From positions 3,616,001 to 3,680,000 of the forward strand of contig CBDIID010000003.1 of the NCBI GenBank assembly GCA_965279515.1: DNA of 64,000 bases, in the 5' to 3' direction. Below, one piece after another: positions 46,997 to 56,437 of this stretch. Within the stretch, counting starts at the first letter, position 1, and every line of letters begins with the position of its first letter. The position numbers and the translations under genes were made by a program. A model generated the notes under the pieces. It saw nothing but the letters and a program-made list of their open reading frames with translations, ran no database searches and was not told the origin of the DNA. The DNA comes from Turneriella sp. GTDB taxonomy: Bacteria > Spirochaetota > Leptospiria > Turneriellales > Turneriellaceae.

Positions 46997-47931
46997 AAGC
47001 GGTAAAGGTCAGAGAACTACTGGGTGACGCCGACCGGCTGAAGATTCGCCTGATCAACGAAGACGCGGATCTCGACCGCGAACTCAAAGAGATCGACGTC
47101 AACAGGCCGGGGCTTGCGCTGAACGGCTTCTTCGAACACTTTGCGCATGATCGCATGCAGGTTTTTGGCCAGGGCGAACATGCCTATGTCGCGAGCATCG
47201 CTCCCGAGAAACTGCTGGAGCCGCTCGAACGGTATTTCAATTACCCGATTACCGGCATCGTTTTCACACACGGTAACTTTCCTTCAGATCTGTTCCTGAA
47301 ATTTGCCATGAAAAACCGCACCCCGGTTTTTGTATCGGGCCACCGCACCAGCAAATTCATCAATGTTTTTACCGATTTTCTCGATGCGCAATTGGCGCCG
47401 CAGACACTGTTGCACGGTACGCTTGTCGAGGTATCAGGCGTCGGTATTCTATTGCAGGGCAAGAGCGGCGTCGGCAAGAGCGAAACGGCCCTTGAACTCG
47501 TGCAGCGCGGCCATAGTCTTGTCGCAGACGACGCCGTGCGCATCGTCTGCCGCGATGCCTCACGGCTTTATGGCTATGTCTCGCAGACGATCGAACACCA
47601 CCTCGAAATCCGTGGGCTCGGCATCATCAATATCAGTGACCTGTTCGGCGCCGGCGCCGTGCGGATGAATAAACGTATCGATCTCATCATCCATCTCGAA
47701 GACTGGGATGACAAGAAGGAGTACGACCGGCTGGGCCTAGAAGATCAAACCGAGGAAATTCTGGGTGTCGAGATTTCCGTCATGACGATTCCTGTACGCC
47801 CGGGCCGTAACGTGCCGGTGCTCATCGAAACGGCGGCGAAGAACTTTAACCTGAAATCGCGTGGGCACAATGCGGCGAAAAAATTCCAGGAACGGCTTGC
47901 CCGCATGATTAAAGAAGCGGCAGAGAACTAG
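46993..47931 (+). CDS. hprK: HPr kinase/phosphorylase (apparent CTG start)
   Basis: NRPGLALNGFF lies upstream of the first ATG (47155); LHGTLV, GKSGVGKSETALEL, LVADD, LEIRGLGII, PVRPGRN. Confidence 0.93.
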   Translation: MKAVKVRELLGDADRLKIRLINEDADLDRELKEIDVNRPGLALNGFFEHFAHDRMQVFGQGEHAYVASIAPEKLLEPLERYFNYPITGIVFTHGNFPSDLFLKFAMKNRTPVFVSGHRTSKFINVFTDFLDAQLAPQTLLHGTLVEVSGVGILLQGKSGVGKSETALELVQRGHSLVADDAVRIVCRDASRLYGYVSQTIEHHLEIRGLGIINISDLFGAGAVRMNKRIDLIIHLEDWDDKKEYDRLGLEDQTEEILGVEISVMTIPVRPGRNVPVLIETAAKNFNLKSRGHNAAKKFQERLARMIKEAAEN

Positions 47932-48028
47932 GTAAGTTATGAAAAAGCGCCATCCAGAGCTTTGCCCATGGCAAAGCGCATTCCTTCGCGTTTCGCTTGC
48001 GAAACGCATGACTTTTTCATAACTTACC
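47931..48028. repeat. Cruciform MITE-like palindromic element
   Basis: Perfect 17-bp IR GGTAAGTTATGAAAAAG / CTTTTTCATAACTTACC enclosing two hairpins. Confidence 0.75.
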
Positions 48029-48032
48029 GCAG

Positions 48033-48299
48033 ATGGTCTCGCGCAGCGCTACAATACGCAATGAAACCGGTGTTCACGCCCGGCCGGCGGCAGTGTTCGT
48101 GAAAGCCGCGAACAAATTTCCCTGCGAAATTTTCGTCGAAAAAGACGGCCAGCGCATCAATGGTAAGAGCATCATGGGGCTCATGATGCTGGCTTTGACG
48201 CGCGACACGCGTATCATGGTCATCGCCGAGGGTGAAAAAGAAGAAGAGGCCGTGGCCTCTCTTTGCTCGCTGGTTGAAAATAGTTTTATTGAATCCTGA
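48033..48299 (+). CDS. ptsH: Phosphocarrier protein HPr
   Basis: GVHARPAA, NGKSIMGLMML. Confidence 0.96.
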   Translation: MVSRSATIRNETGVHARPAAVFVKAANKFPCEIFVEKDGQRINGKSIMGLMMLALTRDTRIMVIAEGEKEEEAVASLCSLVENSFIES

Positions 48300-48303
48300 A
48301 AAT

Positions 48304-50685
48304 CTATTTTTCTGTGAAAGTTGCCCGGTTTTTTTCTCCGCGAGCGGCAAGCTGAATCATGTCCCTGAGTTCTTCTGCACTGTAGGGTTTTGCGATGTGC
48401 CCTGTGAACCCCGCTCCACGGCATGCGGCAAGATCTGAAGGCAGTGCGTTCGCGCTCAGCGCGTATATGGGCATGCGGCTATTCGCGTTTGTCAATAGCC
48501 GTGCCTGGCGCACTGTGGTATACCCATCCATTTCTGGCATCTGCAAATCGATCAGTGCGAGATCATATTCGTTTTTCCTTAATAGCGCCAATGCTTCGAG
48601 ACCGTTGATCGCGGAGTCAAAACGGTGCTGGTCCTGCTTCAAAATATGTTCGACCAGCATCAGGTTGATTTCATCGTCTTCAGCTATTAATATTCTAAAT
48701 GAAAGTCTGGGTTGTGATACGATAGCGGAAGCAAATGGGATATCGGGCGTCTTTTGAAGCACAACGGTAAAATTAAAGACAGTTCCCCCGCCTGCGTTCT
48801 CTTTGACATTAATCTCGCCTTCCATCAGAGAAACAATACGCGAAACGATCGCGAGGCCCAAACCCGAGCCTCCGTACCGGCGGCTTACCCCTGCATCGGC
48901 CTGGACAAAACTCTCAAAGATCATTTGCCGTTTTTCGGGAGAAATGCCGATGCCCGTATCAGCAACAGAAAAATGTACCCGTACACGATCTGCGTCTTCA
49001 GCAATCGCGGTTGTGTGGGCAGAGATGATAATTCCTCCCCGCCCGGTAAACTTTATGGCGTTGCCGATTAAGTTCATGAGTACTTGCGAGAGCCGCGCGG
49101 CATCGCCGCTTAAATTTGAATTCTCCACCTGGTTCCTGACAGAAATGGATAACCCTTTGGCCGCGGCTGCCGGCCTGAAGAGATCGACCAGACTCTTCAA
49201 CAAATCCGCCAGGTCAAACGGACCTTTCTCCAGTGTAAATCGCCCCTCTTCGATGCGCGAAAAATCAAGTACCTGATTGACAAGATGCGCCAACCGGTTT
49301 CCGCTTTCTTTCAGGGCATGTGTATATGTAACCCGTTCGGTGGCCGGCAGGTTATCTGTCAAAAGCTGGGCCAGGCCCAGCATCGCTGTGAGCGGGGTCC
49401 GGATTTCGTGGCTCATGATGGACAGAAACTCCGTTTTAAACCGATCCGCAGCCACGGCCGCTTCACGCTCAATCTTAAAGGTGCGCACCTGGCTTGCGAG
49501 GGCAAAGGAAAGAATGGTTATTGCACCTGTCGCTCCGATGATAAATCCGAATTGTGATACGGGTGTCGATTGGACTATGCCGAGAGTAACAAAGGCAAAT
49601 GCAACCGTACCCGCTGCAAAACTAAGAAGCGCGGAGAAAAAATACCAGGCAACGGTTTTCCGTTCGCGAATGCCGAGGGTTACGGCAAATAATATGGGAA
49701 CAAAAAGTGAAACGCCGGAGATAATCATCGTACGCACGACGGTTCCGTATGAGAGGAATGGTAAAAAAAACAGCGGAGCAACTACCAATAGCGGGGAAAA
49801 ACGTAAAACCCGGTCAGTCCATTTCCAGTGCTCCGATCCAATGGCGAAACGCACAAACTGCGCTCCCAACACGCCGAAAAGTCCGATCGCAAACGCATTG
49901 ATGTTCAAAGCAAACCGTGGATAATCGGGCCAAAAGTATTGGTAAGCGAAGCCGTAGGTTGCTGAGTAGAATACGATGCCTACCCATACAAGGCCCGAAT
50001 AGACAAAGAAAACACGGGAACGAAGGAAAAAAGCGATAGCCAGGTTATAGACGAACAGTAATAAATGCGAACCCAGAATGAGACCGAAAATCAATGTTTC
50101 GCGGATCTCAAATTCCCTGAAGGCTTCAGGACGCCAGATCTGCACGGGTATTTGTAAGGATGTTTCGGAGCTGACCCGCAGGTAATAGGTAACATCCAGC
50201 CCCTTTTTCAAATGGATTGGAAATACAAATTTGCGGCTTGGATAGGGGCGTTCGGCAAAGGGGCGCTTTATTCCCGTTTGAACCACTTTAAATCCATCGG
50301 GTACCGCTGGTTCGAAAAATTGAATATCGCTGAGCCGCGGGGCGGGAACCACGAAAAACCAAAGACCGTCTTTTTCGGAACGGAGTGTTATGCGTACCCA
50401 ATAAGCTGCATCTGTGAAGCCATAGGACGGAACTCCTTTACCCGCAGACTGCCAGGGGGCGTTCATTTCCGCTGGATCTTTTACCTTCTGAACTTCTTTC
50501 GCGACAAAAAGTTTTTCCGCGGCCAGATAGAAATCTGCTTCGTTTACCTTCAGTGTCTTTGAAGAAGGTATATCCGCCGCCTGCGCGGCAGAAAAAATAA
50601 TAAACAAACCTGAAAAGAGAGCAATTGGAATTTTGTTAAAGCGGAACATTCGGAAAATATCCCCCATGGGTGCGGCTGTGGGCAC
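48304..50685 (-). CDS. 7TM-DISM hybrid sensor histidine kinase/response regulator
   Basis: 7TMR-DISM extracellular domain and 7 TM, MSHEIRTPL, NLIGNAIKFT, YGGSGLGL, REC domain; start may be 50667 or 50649. Confidence 0.9.
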   Translation of the reverse strand: MPTAAPMGDIFRMFRFNKIPIALFSGLFIIFSAAQAADIPSSKTLKVNEADFYLAAEKLFVAKEVQKVKDPAEMNAPWQSAGKGVPSYGFTDAAYWVRITLRSEKDGLWFFVVPAPRLSDIQFFEPAVPDGFKVVQTGIKRPFAERPYPSRKFVFPIHLKKGLDVTYYLRVSSETSLQIPVQIWRPEAFREFEIRETLIFGLILGSHLLLFVYNLAIAFFLRSRVFFVYSGLVWVGIVFYSATYGFAYQYFWPDYPRFALNINAFAIGLFGVLGAQFVRFAIGSEHWKWTDRVLRFSPLLVVAPLFFLPFLSYGTVVRTMIISGVSLFVPILFAVTLGIRERKTVAWYFFSALLSFAAGTVAFAFVTLGIVQSTPVSQFGFIIGATGAITILSFALASQVRTFKIEREAAVAADRFKTEFLSIMSHEIRTPLTAMLGLAQLLTDNLPATERVTYTHALKESGNRLAHLVNQVLDFSRIEEGRFTLEKGPFDLADLLKSLVDLFRPAAAAKGLSISVRNQVENSNLSGDAARLSQVLMNLIGNAIKFTGRGGIIISAHTTAIAEDADRVRVHFSVADTGIGISPEKRQMIFESFVQADAGVSRRYGGSGLGLAIVSRIVSLMEGEINVKENAGGGTVFNFTVVLQKTPDIPFASAIVSQPRLSFRILIAEDDEINLMLVEHILKQDQHRFDSAINGLEALALLRKNEYDLALIDLQMPEMDGYTTVRQARLLTNANSRMPIYALSANALPSDLAACRGAGFTGHIAKPYSAEELRDMIQLAARGEKNRATFTEK

Positions 50686-50718
50686 CAGCTCTCTCAGGGT
50701 AAAGCCTGTTTTCGTCGT

Positions 50719-51657
50719 TCAGGGTCGGGGGAAATCCGGATGCCGGGGGCGCATCGCCAGCGTTTGCCCTTCGAATTCATACATCGAACGTTTGCCGTAA
50801 TAATCCGATTTGGTTTCTTCCATATGGCAATCAGCCGTTGTTGCAAAACCGCGGATTGCCTGGGCGAGATCGATTTGTTTTCTGAGCTCCGCCATTTCTG
50901 CGGGATCAAACGACATTTTTTGATCAGGGCCTGGCAGGTTCTTATCGAGTGTGAAATGTTTTTCAACAATCACGGCGCCGCCGGATACCGCGGCAAAAGC
51001 GGCGATGGTGCCTTCGGTGTGGTCCGAGAAGCCTAACGGAATCTTCTTATCGGCTGGGAGCAGCGCCGCGATGCGGCCCAGCCGGGAAATGTTGGCTTTT
51101 TCTACGGGTGTCGGGTAGAGCGACACACAATGGAGCAGGGCATAAACAGCTGCGGATTTTTCGAGGTGGCCGATCGTCGACTTCACTTCGTTTTCGCTCG
51201 CTGCACCCGTCGATACGATGAGTGGTTTCTTTTGTGCTGTCACCGCCGCCAATAGCGGCCAGTTATTCACGTCACCCGAAGCAATTTTGAACGCGGGGAC
51301 ATCCAACTTTGTAAGATTTTCAACCCAGTCGGCGGTGAGTGGTGTTGAGAAAAATATCAGGCCTTGCGCAACCGTGTAATCCCGAAGCTGTTCATGGAAA
51401 GCAAAATCGAGTTCGAGGCCGGCGAAGATGTCATAGAGACCGTGGGTATTTTCAAACTTCCGGTTAATAAAATATTTGGTCGTATAGGATTGCAATTTCA
51501 CCGCGTTGACGCCGCTGGTTTTCGCTGCGTCGACCATGCGCTTAGCCAGATTAAGATCGCGGTTATGGTTGAGGCCGAACTCGGCGATGAGAAACGGTTT
51601 CTCCGATGCAGATATTCTTCTGTCGGACGGATTTGCGGCTGAACGCCTGAGATTCAT
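50719..51657 (-). CDS. NeuB/N-acetylneuraminate synthase-family protein
   Basis: IAEFGLNHN, AVKLQ, FKIASGD, LLHCVSLYP, GFSDHT, EKHFTLDK, GPD. Confidence 0.88.
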   Translation of the reverse strand: MNLRRSAANPSDRRISASEKPFLIAEFGLNHNRDLNLAKRMVDAAKTSGVNAVKLQSYTTKYFINRKFENTHGLYDIFAGLELDFAFHEQLRDYTVAQGLIFFSTPLTADWVENLTKLDVPAFKIASGDVNNWPLLAAVTAQKKPLIVSTGAASENEVKSTIGHLEKSAAVYALLHCVSLYPTPVEKANISRLGRIAALLPADKKIPLGFSDHTEGTIAAFAAVSGGAVIVEKHFTLDKNLPGPDQKMSFDPAEMAELRKQIDLAQAIRGFATTADCHMEETKSDYYGKRSMYEFEGQTLAMRPRHPDFPRP

Positions 51658-51663
51658 GAAATC

Positions 51664-52998
51664 TCAGCGGCGCTTCGAGCGGCCGCGCAGGCCCTTGAGA
51701 AATTTGACAGGGTTTACGTTCTCGCCGTTCTTAGAAATTTCAAAGTGCAGGTGCGGACCGAAAGAATAACCCGTGTCACCGGTACGTCCCAGGACCTGGC
51801 CGCGGCGTACGCGCTGGCCGACGGCCACGTGGCGGCGTGAAAGGTGACCGTAGAGTGTCTTGTAGGTGTCGTCGTGCGTCACGATGATGGCGTTGCCGTA
51901 GCCGCCCAGCCAGCCTGAATAGGTGATCGTGCCTGACTTCGCGGCGCGTACAGGTACATAGAATGCCTTGAGGTCTAAGCCCTTGTGGAAGGCTGAGCGT
52001 GGGTAATTACGCCAGCCATAACCTGAGGTGACGACACGGCTGGATACCGGGATCAGCCAGCCCTCGGCGTGGCGTATGGGCTTCGCGCCGGGCAGAAAGA
52101 TCTCTTCGCCGACGTCTAAGAGGTCAATATTGACATGCTCATTTTCGGTCATGAACTTATCGAGCGTGACCTTGTGCGCCTGCAGAATGTTTGCGAGGCG
52201 CTCGTTTTTCTTCACGATGTAATAAAACCCGTCGCGGGTCGGCACCGAAAGTGTCTGGCCAGGTGAAATTTCCTGGAATTCATTGAGGCGGCTCGAACCG
52301 CTGATCGATTCAGGTTTGACTTTGTACTTTTTAGCGACGGATTGCAGCGTATCACCGCGCTTCACCTTATACTGCAGCTTCTGCACTTTATTCGCACTGT
52401 TCTCTTCGGCTTTGTCGCTCTGCGTGCGCTCTTCGAGCACACCCATGAGCTGGTCTTTGATTTTTTCGTCGCCTTCAAATTGCGCGATTTCGCCGGTGAT
52501 GTCCGACGCTTCGCTGATAACCTTGCCCGACTCAAGGCGTCCCACACCGCCGATACCGGTCTTGGCCTCAGAGAAAGCCATCTTCACAGCGTTCTGGCGT
52601 TTTTTCCAAAGAGCGATAGATGTAGATGTGACGATGCAGGCCGAAGCGAGCACAAGCCACACCATCGCGCGGCGGTCGATCCGCAATGCGCCGCTCTTCA
52701 GTGTACCGCGGCGCTTGTAAAAATACAGAAACTGGCCTTTGCCCTGATAGGCAACCTCGGCAAAACCCAAATTGATGCGCAGGCCACTGAGGCGGGGTTT
52801 TGTTTCTACGGGTGCGGCAAAAACGGGAGTCGGAACTACCGTCGGAGCCTTTTTGGCCGCTGCCGCTGACGGTTTTACGTCGAGGACAAAGAAATCTTTT
52901 CGGTCAGTTTTTTTCGGTGGCATCGAGCGCATAGTCGACCTATGCTCTGATTTTCGACCTGAACTAGTGTTTCCTTTGAGAGCTTTTTTTCTGGCCAA
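51664..52998 (-). CDS. LysM + M23 peptidoglycan endopeptidase (membrane anchored)
   Basis: TM, YKVKRGDTL LysM, HKGLD, YGHL, GPHLHFE; start uncertain. Confidence 0.9.
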   Translation of the reverse strand: MARKKALKGNTSSGRKSEHRSTMRSMPPKKTDRKDFFVLDVKPSAAAAKKAPTVVPTPVFAAPVETKPRLSGLRINLGFAEVAYQGKGQFLYFYKRRGTLKSGALRIDRRAMVWLVLASACIVTSTSIALWKKRQNAVKMAFSEAKTGIGGVGRLESGKVISEASDITGEIAQFEGDEKIKDQLMGVLEERTQSDKAEENSANKVQKLQYKVKRGDTLQSVAKKYKVKPESISGSSRLNEFQEISPGQTLSVPTRDGFYYIVKKNERLANILQAHKVTLDKFMTENEHVNIDLLDVGEEIFLPGAKPIRHAEGWLIPVSSRVVTSGYGWRNYPRSAFHKGLDLKAFYVPVRAAKSGTITYSGWLGGYGNAIIVTHDDTYKTLYGHLSRRHVAVGQRVRRGQVLGRTGDTGYSFGPHLHFEISKNGENVNPVKFLKGLRGRSKRR

Positions 52999-53023
52999 GG
53001 TAGATCAACCGCCGTTCGATAGA

Positions 53024-53431
53024 TTATTGAATGCCTTTTTTGTCGAGTTCGCGCACTAAACCATAGCTTTCTTCAACGATTTTACGCGGGTCTTTCTTAT
53101 GACCACCGTGGATGCTGACATTGCCCTTGAGGACCACGCCGCGTGAGATCGTGAGCACTGGAGTTATAATATCGCCGACCATTCTGCCCGTTTCGGTGAG
53201 ACGCACTTCGTCTTTCGCGTCGATATCACCGATCAGTGTGCCTGCGAGAATGACCTCGCGCGCGGTGATATTGGTCTTCACCTTGCCGGTTTCGCCGACA
53301 ACAAGCGCTTCGTCGGTGCGTATATCGCCCTCAAACTTGCCGTCGACCCTGAGGCTGCCTGAAATATAAAAACGCCCTTCGAAGATCGAGCCTTCACCGA
53401 TTACAGAGTTAGTTTGATCGTACTTAGCCAT
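53024..53431 (-). CDS. Bactofilin (polymer-forming cytoskeletal protein)
   Basis: SVIGEGSIFEG, LRVDGKFEGDI, VGETGKVKTNI..AREV, GRMVGDI. Confidence 0.93.
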   Translation of the reverse strand: MAKYDQTNSVIGEGSIFEGRFYISGSLRVDGKFEGDIRTDEALVVGETGKVKTNITAREVILAGTLIGDIDAKDEVRLTETGRMVGDIITPVLTISRGVVLKGNVSIHGGHKKDPRKIVEESYGLVRELDKKGIQ

Positions 53432-53548
53432 GGTTCACCTGCGCCGAAATAATAGGTCAGAACATAAGGCAGAGGCATCGTGAGAATCAAAAAAGCCCTG
53501 TAAGGCATCGCTCAGAAATGGCCCCGATTCTGCCGAAAATAAAAGGTA

Positions 53549-54034
53549 ATGCCGAGACCTCTCTCACGTTTCCCGTTTTATGTCACCTGCATTTTTATGC
53601 TCAGTGGGATCTCCCCCGTCAGCCTGGCAGCGTATGAGAACAAACCCGACTTCGACGACTACCGCAAGTTCGGCGACGTGGTCGAGAAGTACTCGCGCAA
53701 CAAAGAGAATAATACCTATGGAGTGACGTTGCGTATGCGCGAGAGCGCCATACATGCGCTTGCCGACGGCCGCGTGCACAGTTCAGGGCGCCTGAGGGGA
53801 TACGGGCGCTATGTAATTGTCGATCATGGCCAGGGCTGGCATTCGCTCTACTCGCATCTTGCGCGCGTCGACGCCGCGAAAGGAAAAGAGGTGAAGCGAG
53901 GCGCCGTGATCGGCATTGCGCGTCACAAAAGGCTTTTTTTGGTTGTATCCTACAGAGGAAATCCAATAAACCCCTCAGAAGTGATGAGCGCCCGCATATA
54001 TTCTGAACATCTGACGGCGGCGGCGAACGACTAA
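53549..54034 (+). CDS. Degenerate M23/LytM-domain secreted protein
   Basis: GYGRYVIVDHG, SLYSHL, NPINP; HxxxD and HxH zinc ligands absent. Confidence 0.75.
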   Translation: MPRPLSRFPFYVTCIFMLSGISPVSLAAYENKPDFDDYRKFGDVVEKYSRNKENNTYGVTLRMRESAIHALADGRVHSSGRLRGYGRYVIVDHGQGWHSLYSHLARVDAAKGKEVKRGAVIGIARHKRLFLVVSYRGNPINPSEVMSARIYSEHLTAAAND

Positions 54035-54035
54035 C

Positions 54036-55268
54036 ATGGCCTGGGAACTCGTCAACGGCACTATCGTCACACCGCGTGACGTCATCGAACGCGGCTCGGT
54101 CACGATCGATAAAACGCGCATCGCGCAGGTCTCAAAGACCTCGCGCAAATCACAAGATACCATGCAGATCGACGTCAACGGCATGCTGGTATTCCCCGGT
54201 CTCATCAACTGCCACGACCATTTGCTCGGTACCTATGTGCCGCGCGTCGGCGACCGCCGGCCCTACCTCAACTGGCTGGAGTGGGATAACGATCTCAAGA
54301 GTTCACCTGCGTATGCAGAGCGCCAGCAAATCGAATCTTCAGACCTCTACCTGCTCGGCGGCTACCGCCACCTGCTGTGCGGCATCACGCGCGTGCAAGA
54401 TCATATTCCGCATTTTGTGCGCGAGCTGTTTGCGAAGAACATGCCGATCAAAATCATTTCTGATTTTGCCATGGCGCATTCGGTGACATCGTATGCGCTG
54501 AAATGGGGCGACGGCATCGAGATCGAGCATGCGAAAGCGAAAGAGAAGAACATCCCCTTTATCACACATTGTTCAGAAGGTTATGACGAAGAGACGCTGA
54601 GAAGCGTCGAGACACTTGCCGCGAAGGGCGCGCTTAGCAAGCAGACCGTGCTTATCCATGGCATCGCTTTTTCAGACAAAGACATGGAGCTGCTCGCGGC
54701 GAATAAATGCAATGTCGTCTGGTGCCCGGTATCGAACCTCTATATGTTCGAGCAGACCGCGCGCGTCAAAGAGCTCTTAGACCTCGGCATCAACGTCTGC
54801 CTCGGCACCGATTCGCCGATGTCGGGCAGTTTCAGCATTTTTGAAGAATTCCGCGCCGCGCGCGAGTTCTACAAGTTCGCCTATGGCAAAAGTATCGACG
54901 ACCGTGTGCTTGTCGACATGCTCACTACGAATGCAGCGAAGGCGATGTGCCTTCCCGACGCGGGTGAAATAGCCGAAGGCAAGACTGCGGATTTACTCCT
55001 GATCGACGGCAATTCGGCGAATCCATGGGCATCCCTCACCCATGCCGACTATGCAGACGTTATGCTGGTTATCGCCGACGGGGCGCCGCGTTATGGCGAT
55101 ATTGCATTTCAGCCTGTGTTTGACGCGATGAAGATACCATACCAGACGATTCTCGTGAAGGGCGCACGCAAGATTATCGCCGGCGATATTCTCGGGGTGC
55201 AAAGTCGTATACGGCACGCAGTCAAATTTAAAAAGGAACTCGATTTTCTGCCGATAGAGGCCGCTTAA
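54036..55268 (+). CDS. Metal-dependent amidohydrolase
   Basis: PGLINCHDH, THCSEG, IHG, WCPVSN, LGTDS. Confidence 0.9.
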   Translation: MAWELVNGTIVTPRDVIERGSVTIDKTRIAQVSKTSRKSQDTMQIDVNGMLVFPGLINCHDHLLGTYVPRVGDRRPYLNWLEWDNDLKSSPAYAERQQIESSDLYLLGGYRHLLCGITRVQDHIPHFVRELFAKNMPIKIISDFAMAHSVTSYALKWGDGIEIEHAKAKEKNIPFITHCSEGYDEETLRSVETLAAKGALSKQTVLIHGIAFSDKDMELLAANKCNVVWCPVSNLYMFEQTARVKELLDLGINVCLGTDSPMSGSFSIFEEFRAAREFYKFAYGKSIDDRVLVDMLTTNAAKAMCLPDAGEIAEGKTADLLLIDGNSANPWASLTHADYADVMLVIADGAPRYGDIAFQPVFDAMKIPYQTILVKGARKIIAGDILGVQSRIRHAVKFKKELDFLPIEAA

Positions 55269-56437
55269 TGCCGATCACACGTAACTACTCAGCCGGTTCC
55301 ATTGTTTATTTTGCCGGCGATGTCGGCGAAGACGTCTATGTAATGCAGAAGGGCCGTATCAGCCTTATCTCCACCTCGCTCGACCAGAAAGACGACATCA
55401 AAGAAGACGTGCGCAAGGGCGAGTTTTTCGGTGTCAAATCGGCTTTGGGCCGTTACCCGCGCGAAGAGACGGCGCAGGTGCTCGCCGATTCCCAGGTGCT
55501 GGTCTTTAAACTTCCCGAATTTGAACAGTTTGGGCAGAAAAATACCCGCATCGTTTTACAGATGCTCAAGGTTTTTTCGTCGCAGCTGCGCCGCGTGCAT
55601 AAAGCGGTGCGTGAATTTTTGGGCGAGCACGGCGCATCAGAAGCTTCGATGGAGCTCGTGAGCGTGGGCGAATATTATTATAAAGCAGGCAAAACCGATT
55701 ACGCTCTTTATGTGTTCGGAACATACCTCAAAAATTTTCCCGCAGGCCCGCTGGCCGAGCGTGTACGCAAACTCTCGCAAGCCGTGAAACAAGGTTCGCC
55801 CTTTCCGCTCGATTTGCCCGATCTCGCCGAAGAGATGCAGCGTAACGAAGTTGCTGCGCGCACCGGCTCGATGATGAGCCGTATCGAACAGGCGCCGGTC
55901 GACAACTATGAAGAGCATGCGGATGTACCGCTGCCCGACGACGATCTGCCGCCGCTCGACGCCTCAGCCCACGATCTCGGCGACTTGCCGCCGCCGGCAG
56001 ATTTTGACATGCCGATGCCTGACGACTTCGGCGACATGGGCGGCGGAAAATCTGTCTCAGATCATTTTAACGATGGCCTGACCGCCTTTGCCGGCCAGCG
56101 TTTCGACGAAGCACTCACCGCGTATCACGAAGCACTTACCGCGGCAGGTACGGCAGATCCCGCGATGCACGAAAAGATTTTATTCGAACTCGGCCGTACG
56201 CATGTGAAGAAGGGCGACAGCAAGGGTGCAGTGGAAAAATTTTCAGAGATACTGCGCACTTACCAACACGGCACTTATACCAAAAAGACCATGATCCAGC
56301 TCGCTGAAATCTACGAGCGTGCGCGCGACACGGCGCGGGCCGTGCAGTTTTATGAAAAAGCGGCGCGCATTCCGCCGCAAGATAAAGAGGCGAATATCGC
56401 CCAGCAGAAAGCCAATCAGCTCAGGGGAAATAAATGA
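55268..56437 (+). CDS. Cyclic-nucleotide-binding domain + TPR protein
   Basis: GEFFGVKSALGRYPREETA; TPR-like C terminus after an acidic Pro-rich linker. Confidence 0.85.
   Translation: MPITRNYSAGSIVYFAGDVGEDVYVMQKGRISLISTSLDQKDDIKEDVRKGEFFGVKSALGRYPREETAQVLADSQVLVFKLPEFEQFGQKNTRIVLQMLKVFSSQLRRVHKAVREFLGEHGASEASMELVSVGEYYYKAGKTDYALYVFGTYLKNFPAGPLAERVRKLSQAVKQGSPFPLDLPDLAEEMQRNEVAARTGSMMSRIEQAPVDNYEEHADVPLPDDDLPPLDASAHDLGDLPPPADFDMPMPDDFGDMGGGKSVSDHFNDGLTAFAGQRFDEALTAYHEALTAAGTADPAMHEKILFELGRTHVKKGDSKGAVEKFSEILRTYQHGTYTKKTMIQLAEIYERARDTARAVQFYEKAARIPPQDKEANIAQQKANQLRGNK

Noticed and set aside
55920..56045. Repetitive DDLPPLD/DLPPPAD/MPMPDD segment as a repeat element
   Set aside because: Low-complexity protein linker with no nucleotide-level tandem or inverted structure.
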